Below, in pieces: positions 48,872 through 64,000 of a DNA stretch of 64,000 nucleotides. The stretch lies in assembly GCF_032444005.1 (NCBI RefSeq), contig NC_091284.1:725152001-725216000 (forward strand). The letters are read 5' to 3'. The position numbers and the translations under genes were made by a program. The notes beneath the pieces were generated by a model, which saw nothing but the letters and a program-made list of their open reading frames with translations, was not told the DNA's origin and made no database searches. Every line of letters begins with the position of its first letter. The stretch's first letter is position 1. This DNA is from Ranitomeya imitator. Its lineage: Eukaryota.

Positions 48872-49975
48872 GTGGAAATCTGTGCTTTGGTCTGATGAGT
48901 CCAAATTTGAGATCTTTGGTTCCAACCACCGTGTCTTTGTGCGACGCAGAAAAGGTGAACGGATGGACTCTACATGCCTGGTTCCCACCGTGAAGCATGG
49001 AGGAGGAGGAGTGATGGTGTGGGGGTGCTTTGCTGGTGACACTGTTGGGGAATATTCAAAATTGAAGGCATACTGAACCAGCATGGCTACCACAGCATCT
49101 TGCAGCGGCATGCTATTCCATCCAGATGGCGTTAAGTTGGGCCATCATTTATTTTTCAACAGGACAATGACCCCAAACACACCTCCAGGCTGTGTAAGGG
49201 CTATTTGCCCAAGAAGGAGAGTGATGGGGTGCTACGCCAGATGACCTGGCCTTCACAGTCACCAGACCTGAACCCAATCGAAATGGTTTGGGGTGAGCTG
49301 GATCGCAGAGTGAAGGCAAAAGGGCCAACAAGTGCTAAGCATCTCTGGGAACTCCTTCAAGATTATTGGAAGACCATTCCCGGTGACTACCGCTTGAAGC
49401 TCATCAAGAGAATGCCAAGAGCGCGCAAAGCAGTCATCAAAGCAAAAGGTGGCTACTTTGAAGAACCTAGAAGATAAGACATAATTTCAGTTGTTTCACA
49501 CGTTTTTGTTAAGTACAGTGCCTACAAGTAGTATTCAACCCCCTGCAGATTTAGCAGGTTTAATAAGATGCAAATAAGTTAGAGCCTTCAAACTTCAAAC
49601 AAGAGCAGGATTTATTAACAGATGCATACATCTTACAAACCAAAAAGTTTTGTTGCTCAGTTAAATTTTTATAAATTTTAAACATAAAAGTTTGGGTCAA
49701 TTATTATTCAACCCCTAGGTTTAATATTTTGTGGAATAACCTTTGTTTGCAATTACAGCTAATAATCGTCTTTTATAAGACCTGATCAGGCCGGCACAGG
49801 TCTCTGGAGTTATCTCTCCTCACTCCTCCATGCAGATCTTCTCCAAGTTATCTAGGTTCTTTGGGTGTCTCATGTGGACTTTAATCTTGAGCTCCTTCCA
49901 CAAGTTTTCAATTGGGTTAAGGTCAGAAGACTGACTAGGCCACTGCAACACCTTGATTTTTTGCCTCTTGAACTA

Positions 49976-56153
<6,178 letters not shown>

Positions 56154-57601
56154 GTCCCCACTGCCATGAGATCTTCCCGGAGCTCCTTCCTTGTTGTCCT
56201 TGAGTTAGCCTTGACTCTTTGGACAAGCCTGGCCTCAGCACGGGAGGAAACTTTCAAAGGCTGTCCAGGCCGTGGAAGGCTAACAGTAGTTCCATAAGCC
56301 TTCCACTTCCGGATGATGCTCCCAACAGTGGAGACAGGTAGGCCCAACTCCTTGGAAAGGGTTTTGTACCCCTTGCCAGCCTTGTGACCCTCCACGATCT
56401 TGTCTCTGATGGCCTTGGAATGCTCCTTTGTCTTTCCCATGTTGACCATGTATGAGTGCTGTTCACAAGTTTGGGGAGGGTCTTAAATAGTCAGAAAAGG
56501 CTGGAAAAAGAGATAATTAATCCAAACATGTGAAGCTCATTGTTCTTTGTGCCTGAACTACTTCTTAATACTTTAGGGGAACCAAACAGAATTCTGGTGG
56601 GTTGAGGGGTTGAATAATAAATGACCCTCTGAAAAGACTTTTCACAATTTTTTTTAAAAATAAACAAAGAAATAACATTCTTTTTTGCTGCAGTGCATTT
56701 CACACTTCCAGGCTGATCTACAGTCCAAATGTCACAATGCCAAGTTAATTCCAAATGTGTAAACCTGCTAAATCTGCAGGGGGTTGAATACTACTTGTAG
56801 GCACTGTATATAATTCCACATGTTAATTCATAGTTTTGATGCCTTCAGTGTGAATGTACAATTTTCATAGTCATGAAAATAAAGAAGAATCTTTAAATGA
56901 GAAGGTGTGTCCAATCTTTTGGTCTGTACTGTATATACGTATATAGCCCTTTCTTCCCTGTGTGAATATCTAGACTTCTTAGACAACTGGGTGTTGTCTT
57001 CAAGAGGACTACTTCGTACAATAGTTCATGACCACACCCACTTGCTTAAAAAGAATATATTTATATACTCAGATGAGAGGGCCATATTTCAGATATGGAC
57101 TTCAGTACCAAAAGAAAAAACAACACTAGATTCAGTAGAACAGCAGCATTTACTAAAGGTAAAACAAATGGCAATTCTATTGAACATAAAGTCTGGGTTA
57201 GTCATTATGCAATATGCACTTGTCTTCTTCGGGGGGGCTGAGTCTGTCTGATGTGGGGCACCTTAGAAGGGAGTGCGTTTGCATTTTTGTTTAAGATCTA
57301 CAACTCCTGGCAAAAACAAAAATTATGGAGTCACCGGCCTTGGAGGATGTTCATTCAGTTGTTTAATTTTGTAGAAAAAAAGCAGATCACAGACATGGCA
57401 CAAAACTAAAATCATTTAAAATGGCAACTTCCTGGCTTTAAGAAACACTAAAAGAAATCAAGAACAAAAAATGTTGTAGTCAGTAATTGTTACTTTTTTA
57501 GAACAAGCTGAGGGAAAAATTATGGACACACTCAATTATGTGGGAAAAAAATATAGAATCATGAAAAACAAACAAACAAAAAAAAACACTCCAAAACATC
57601 A

Positions 57602-58626
57602 CTAGTATTTTGTTGCACCACCTCTGGCTTTTATAACAGCTTGCAGTCTCTGAGGCATGGACTTAATGAGTGTCAAACAGGACTCTTCATCAATCTGGCT
57701 CCAACCTTCTCTGATTGCTGTTGCCAGATCAGCTTTGCAGGTTGGAGCCTTGTCATGGACCATTTTCTTCAACTTCCACCAAAGATTTTCAGTTGGATTG
57801 AGATCCGGACTATTTGCAGGCTATGACATTGACCTTATGTGCCTATTTTCAAGTAATATTTTCACAGTTTTTGCTGTATGGCAGGATGCATTATCATCTT
57901 GAAAATTGATTTCATCATCCCCAAACATCCTTTCAATTGATGGGATAAGAAAAGTGTCCGAAATATCAACATAAACTTGTGCATTTATTGAAGATGTAAT
58001 GACAGCCATCTTCCCAGTGCCTTTACCTGACATGCAGCCCCATATCATCAATGACTGTGGAAATTTGCATGTTCTCTTCAGGCAGTCATCTGTATAAATC
58101 TCATTGGAACGGCATCAAACAAAAGTTCCAGCATCATCACCTTGCCCAATGCAGATTCGCGATTCATCACTGAATATGACTTTCATCCAGTCATCCACAG
58201 TCCACGATTGCTTTTCCTTAGCCCATTGTAACCTTGTTTTTTTTTTCTGTTTAGGTGTTAATGATGGCTTTTGTTTAGCTTTTCTGTATGTAAATCCCAT
58301 TTCCTTTAGGTGGTTTCTTACAGTTTGGTCACAGACATTGACTTCAGTTTCAACCCATTCGTTCCTCATTTGTTTTGTTGTGCATTTCCTGTTTTGGAGA
58401 CATATTGTTTTAAGTTTCCGGTCTTGACGCTTTGATATCTTCCTTGGTCTACCAGTATGTTTGCCTTTAACAACTTTCCCATGTTGTTTGTGTTTGGTCC
58501 ACATTTTAGACACAGCTGACTGTGAACAACCAACATCTTCTGCAACATTGCTTGATGATTTACCCCTTTTAAGAGTTTCATAATCCTCTCCTTTGTTTCA
58601 ATTGACATCTGTCCTGTTGGGGCCAT
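57602..58626 (-). pseudogene. Tc1-D transposase with stops and frameshifts
   Basis: GRPRKIS, IFSDES, MIWGCMS, FQDDNASCH, NSPDLNPTE, KARGGATKY*. Confidence 0.9.
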
Positions 58627-59610
58627 GATTCATGTCAGTCCACTTGGCGCAACAGCTCTCCAAGGTGTGATCACTCCTTTTTAGATGCAGACTAATGAGC
58701 AGATCTAATTTGATGCAGGTGTTAATTTTGAGAATTGAAATTTAGAGGGCGATTCCATAATTTTTTCCCACATAATTGAGTGAGTCCATAATTTTTCTAC
58801 TCAGCTTGTTCTAAAAAAGTAACCATTACTGACTACAACATTTTTTGTTCTTGATTTCTTTTAGTGTTTATTAAAGCCAGAAAGTTGTCATTTGAAATGA
58901 CTTTAGTTTTGTATACAAAACAATCACACTGGCGCTCAACACTGATGCCTACTGTATGTGTGGGAGACACTGGTAAAAATCCCCTAGCTGCTGGTATCCT
59001 CAGAATATGTGCCAATTCTGTGAGAACGAAATAAATATACTACAAGCTGGAACCGCGCTTAGGTGATGCAGGTAACTCACCCCTACTCGCAGGGGTGCAG
59101 TAAACCTGAGTACAGCAATGAATACAAACACTAAAATGATCCACTGCGAATAGTGTGCTTGGAGTGCCACAGAACAACAAACTGCCCATCTGACGGTAGC
59201 GCTATAAATGCGCACTGAATATGCAACAATCCTCGCTCCTCCAATACAAATGATATCAGCAGGCGCGGCGGCCGTGCAGGCAATGATAATAATAAAATGG
59301 GGCCCTTACCGTATGCTGAGTAAACTGGAACGCCCGGCTGGTCCTAGTAGATGTAGGGAGGATGTGCGGTACTCCTACATATGACCGAGGCGGATTCGGA
59401 AGCGGAGCGAGTGTGAAGGTGGTGCCCGGAGGGTAGGCACACTGGTGTGTGCTCGGGTGGGACCGGGACAAAGTGTCGCTAGTAAGTGCAGAGCCAGAGA
59501 ACGTCCCGGCCGGAGGCGTCCCTGGTTGCACTTGGAAACCAAGATGGCCGCCGCTGACTAACAGCGTGTGACGTCACAGGCCAAAGGAGCCTCGCTGGGA
59601 CCAAAAAGGC

Positions 59611-59656
59611 TAACCGACGCGTTTCGAAGGGAAAACGCCCTTCTTCCTCAGGGTTA
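59611..59656 (-). ncRNA. Minimal type I hammerhead ribozyme, intact core
   Basis: TAACC-CTGAGGA-A-GAAGGG-CGTTTT-CCCTTC-GAAA-CGCG-TC-GGTTA: 5-bp stem I, 6-bp stem II, GUC triplet. Confidence 0.9.
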
Positions 59657-60248
59657 AAGCCCAGCAGCAACTCCTATTCTATATATGCCCTCGTTACCCC
59701 TATGGGCCCACCCACCAGAACTCTAGACCCGCCCCAGTCAATGCAATAGCCGTGCAACTATAATAAAAGCACATCAGCACATCGTAGTATTCATCCCTCA
59801 AATTGGAGAACAACTGATCCCTAACGAGAACAACTGATCCCTAACTATTAAATGTTAATTGGGTACGTAACCCGATATTTATACATATGGATGGCGTCCA
59901 CCAACACTCTAAAAAATGCGAGTAACCAAAAAACGAAAACACTATAAATAAAATTATATCTTTAATAGTAAAACATATTAAAAACGCGCTGACATGGCTG
60001 AAGACGCAAATGTGACGCCCTAACAAAATAATGTGAAAATAAAATGGGATAAAATATGGATATATACCCTATAAAACCATATACGGGCCTAATACATGTA
60101 ATGACTGGGACACGGAATTCAGGGGTCCTCACTACACAATAACCCCTCGAGAGGCTGCCCACAGTCGTTATATTAAAAATCAGAAATAAAATACAATAAA
60201 ATAAAATAATCTGTACTATGAAACGCATGTTGTATTTAACCTATGCCT

Positions 60249-60686
60249 TTAAAATGCGTATAATTCAAAATCATGATTAAGGCCCTTAGGGGCAAGGCAG
60301 TCTAATCTGAATATCCATTCTGACTCAATCTTGAACATTTGTTTCACGAAATTGCCCCCCCTCAAATTTTGGTGGACTTTTTGAATCCCACAAAATAACA
60401 CGTCCCTAACATTCCCATTGTGTACCCCTTGGAAGTGGCGGGATAAGGGGTGGCCCAAAAATCCCTTCTGAATATTTCTCAGGTGTTCCCTAATTCGAAC
60501 CATAAGCTTTCTTTTGGTCCTACCCACATACAGTTTCCCGCAAGGACATCGGATCAAGTAGATGATCCCCGTTGAGAAACATGTAATCCTATCCTGAATG
60601 TCAAATGTCAAAGTGCCACTAGAGTCCCCGAATGTGATTTGGCAACTTTTTAATCCCTGTGTGGATGCAACCAAAACACCCCCCAC
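60249..60686 (-). pseudogene. PLE-3 GIY-YIG endonuclease domain fragment
   Basis: GIIYLIRCPCGKLYVGRTKRKLMVRIREH ... ESEWIFRLDCLAPKGLN; upstream linker (IIRKHWATLQRD) is in a broken frame. Confidence 0.88.
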
Positions 60687-61511
60687 ATGGCATAAAACCC
60701 CCGTTAGGTTTGGATTTCAGACTTCCCAACGGATCCTGTTTGTTATAGGCCAATTTGGCTGTGGGGGCCAAACCTGGGGTACAAAGGTAAATATTCCCCT
60801 ATAACCCTGTCCCTCTGCAGGGTTGCCCAATGTTTCCGAATGATCCCCTGGAACTGTTTGTATCCTGCATGAAACTGTGTTATTATGGGCAGTTGTTTAA
60901 TTTGTTAAAAAATGGATACTGTTCCTTGAGGGTCGGATCTAGTTTTGTGCCATGTCTGTGATCTGCTTTTCTTCTACAAAATTAAACAGCTGAATGAACA
61001 TGCTCCAAGGCCGGTGATTCCATAATTTTTGCCAGGGGTTGTATAACTTCGTCAATATAAGTTTCTTACAATAATTGTTGACATGGAATTATTTTCACTT
61101 TATTTTCCCATTATTTTTTAGTATTATAAAAATTACATAGGTTTTCCACTTCTGTCAGATCAGTGGGGACCAATTCTCGGCAGACTGACAAACTCTAGAT
61201 TAGCAGGATTAATAAACAGGAGGGCTCATCGGAATAAACTAATACCTTTAAACATTACCTTTTATTAAATCGTTATTAAAACAAACAACAAACCATCAAG
61301 AATCAATTTGTTTTGTAGACAACACCTGTGATTTTGCACTTTGCAAAATCTTTAATGAAAAACCTTTTTCCCATGGAGGCACTCATAAAACTTTTTTAAA
61401 GAGCCAGGTGCCTTCTGGTCCTGGTAACCTGGGGTTTTCTGGGAATGATATCCACGATAAGAGTCAGACCCCGACCGACCAATACGATACTTACTAAGAT
61501 GGCCAATGCCA

Positions 61512-63503
61512 TCTAATATATAAAGCTGAATGTGTGTATGTGTGTGTGTGTGTGTGTATGTATGTCCGGGATTGGCATCTGAACCGTCGCAGCTACAGCC
61601 ACAAAATTTTGCACAGTCACACGTCTGGACCCCGAGAGCGTCATAGGCTATGTTGTGAGGTGAAATTTTAACCCCGCGCTTTCCAATTCACCAAACAATT
61701 TTGCCCCTATCTACATAATGGGGAAAAAGTGAAAGGAAAAGTGTTGGAGGCAAATTGACAGCTGACAGATGTGAACAAGGGGGACTTAAAGAATGAGAGC
61801 GATGGCGCCAAAGAGTATATACCATACAGTTGCTAAGGTGGGGCCCCGACATGGGATACTCACCACACACGGGGATATGAACATGCACACAAAATGCGCC
61901 ACACACTACCACGTGCTTGAACACATATACCACCCTCAGCACACATTTCACCACACATACACCAACCTCGCCACATAAAAGTCGAAACACAAAAGTCGCC
62001 GCTCAAAACTCACCACGCGTAATACTCGTCACATGCAAAACTAGGCTCACGCAAAACTCGCCACACGTGCAAAACTCACCTCATGGGAAAACTCGCCACA
62101 CGCAAAACTTGCACCCGCGGAAAAATTGCCACATGCACAAAAGTTGCAACACATGCAAAAGTTGCCTCACACAAAACTTGCACATACTCAAAAGGCACCA
62201 CACATAAAATTCGCCATGCGCAAAACTCGCTATGCGCAAAACTTGCTGCACACAACTTGCTACACTAACCTGTCACATGCAACTTGACACACAAAATGTT
62301 GCTACACGCATGTCGCCACACAAAACTCATCTCACAAAAGTTGCTACATGCATGTCGCCACACGCAACTCAACACACACAACTTGACACACGAAACTCGC
62401 CCTAAAACACACACAAGTCTGGTATTATCCTTCCAAAATAAAAATCTGATTAATAAGTAGACAAACTACAAGAGCAGCAAATGTACCATATAGGAAATAC
62501 GCCAGCTGTCAGTCACATGATCTGTCTATTATGTGTATGTGTGAGCTAATATATACTGCCAGGGGGAGGGCTTCCTGTTGGCTGGGGATTTATCAGGCTG
62601 CCAATTTAGCTTACAAATACTGAGGTAAAAATACTGACCAAATAACGTGTGAACGAGGTCTAATACAGGAGGAGATGACATACAGATATATACTATGTAC
62701 AGGGGAGATAACACACAGGTATATACTATATACAGGAGAGATGACACACAGGTATATACTATATAGAGGAGGAGATGACATACAGGTACATACTATATAC
62801 AGGAGGAGATGACACACAGGTATATACTATATACAGGAGCAGATGACCTACAGGTATATACTATATACAGGAGGAGATGACATACAGGTATATGCTATAT
62901 ATAGGAGGAGATGACATATAGGTATATACTATATACAGGAGGAGATGACACACAGATATATACTATATACAGGGGAGATGACACACAGGTATATACTATA
63001 TACAGGAGGAGATGACATACAGGTATATACTATATATAGGAGGAGATGACATACAGGTATATACTATATACAGGGGAGATGACACACAGCAGGTATATAC
63101 TATATACAGGGGAGATTACATACAGGTATATACTATATACAGAAGATGACATACAGGTGTATACTATATATAAGGGAGATGACAAACATGTATATACTGA
63201 GGTGAAAATGAGAGGTGTGAGGTGAAAATGAAAAGGTGTGAGTGCAAAATGAGAGGAGTGAGTTAAAATAGTGGAGTGATCGGAAAATATCAGATGTGAG
63301 GTCGAAATGACAAGTGTTAGGATGGAATGAGAGGAGTGAGGGGGAAAATAAGAGGTGTGAGAGAGAAAATGAGAGATGTGAGAGGGAAAATGAAAGATGT
63401 AATGGGGAAAATGAGAGGCGTGATGGGAAAATAAGAGAAGTGAGGTGCTATAACTAACCACAGATATTTACTATGCCCTGGCAACGCCGGGCTCTTCAGC
63501 TAG
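61512..63503 (+). mobile_element. Non-autonomous Helitron with internal micro- and minisatellites
   Basis: A|TC start (TCTAATATATAAAGCTG), GC hairpin GCCCTGGC-AAC-GCCGGGC at 63475-63492, CTAG|T end, no TSD; about 33-bp GAGATGACATACAGGTATATACTATATACAG tandem at about 62670-63190. Confidence 0.85.
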
Positions 63504-63601
63504 TACATTTCATAAAACTGTATAGCATTGCTTCCTTAATAATTTGTTACGTATGGGATAAGTGATAAACCGTGTTTTCTCATTCTGTGCTTTATCTTTA
63601 G

Positions 63602-63760
63602 GTCTTTTGGTGTGGTGCTTTGGGAACTTCTGACTTGTGAGATACCCTACAAAGATGTGGATTCGTCAGCTATTATTTGGGGTGTTGGCAGTAATAGTCT
63701 GCATCTTCCTGTACCTTCAAGTTGTCCAGATGGATTTAAGCTTCTGTTGCGCCAGTGCTG
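63602..63760 (+). CDS. MAP3K12: Internal coding exon of a DLK/LZK MAP3K (kinase subdomains IX-XI), best match MAP3K12
   Basis: tttag| acceptor and |gttagt donor, phase 2 at both ends; encodes (W)[52 protein letters not shown](W). From memory, SSC...LRQCW fits MAP3K12 better than MAP3K13 (STC...MKQTW). Family is near certain, paralogue less so. Confidence 0.85.
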
Positions 63761-64000
63761 GTTAGTGCTTGATATAAATAAATCCTACTATTTAATTATT
63801 AATACAGAATATGATGTTTCTGAGATTATAACTAACATATGAATATTGCTCCATGTATATATTGTGATGGAACCTATCATCTTCTTATGTAAGGAAATAA
63901 TTCCATGTGATAAATAACACACTGTTCCGTTCCCCAGGACATTTATTGTTACACAGGGGTATTAAGCTTTCTGCATTCATAACAATTGCTACCAAAAGAC

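Larger units (their letters stand above)
47767..49477 (+). pseudogene. Tc1-B DD34E-type transposase, frameshifted and interrupted
   Basis: [62 protein letters not shown] across several frames. Confidence 0.92.
58913..60939 (-). mobile_element. Penelope-like element PLE-3, heavily 5'-truncated
   Basis: 9-bp TSD TAGTTTTGT (58904-58912, 60940-60948); GIY-YIG remnant; hammerhead at 59611-59656. Confidence 0.88.
57301..61041 (-). mobile_element. Tc1-D: Tc1 transposon with long TIRs, right TIR interrupted by PLE-3
   Basis: TA-CAACTCCTGGCAAAAA / TTTTTGCCAGGGGTTG-TA; TIR homology extends about 300 bp once the PLE is removed. Confidence 0.9.

Noticed and set aside
48892-48898. CTGATGA as another hammerhead core
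   Set aside because: These are the Tc1 W-S-D-E codons; no stem II or GAAA follows.
61190-61500. Possible further PLE remnant with CCGATGAG on the minus strand
   Set aside because: No GAAA, stems or TSD found.
62529-63461. ORFs within the Helitron
   Set aside because: Low-complexity tandem repeats; no Rep or helicase motifs.
63761-63842. ORF-track extension [10 protein letters not shown]... after the kinase exon
   Set aside because: Read-through past the GT donor at 63761 into intron.

Overview
Vertebrate genomic DNA, most likely an anuran amphibian (inferred only from the transposon families). Roughly three-quarters of the window is recognisable transposable-element or tandem-repeat DNA. 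The only host coding sequence found is one 159-bp + strand exon (63602-63760) of a DLK/LZK kinase that best matches MAP3K12, so everything upstream appears to be one intron of more than 63 kb. Retroelements: a 5'-truncated CR1 with an open frame; a full-length L1 with both ORFs open and a 16-bp TSD; five Penelope-like (PLE) insertions, two with long inverted arms; two young, single-ORF chromodomain Gypsy (Tf1/sushi-type) proviruses; and solo LTRs. DNA elements and repeats: four Tc1 elements (one forms a multi-level nest), hAT, Harbinger, piggyBac and Kolobok-type MITEs, a non-autonomous Helitron, and a 31-bp minisatellite that creates many artefactual ORFs. Best leads: (1) minimal hammerhead ribozymes in the PLEs, with intact cores only antisense to the host gene and the host-sense copies broken; (2) tRNA-independent self-priming in the Gypsy pair, supported by compensatory changes; (3) a shared 6-bp GTCCYC target duplication at both Gypsy insertions. 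I found no evidence of a novel protein-coding system; the leads are new instances or variants of known retroelement biology. All comparisons were made by eye, with no database search.
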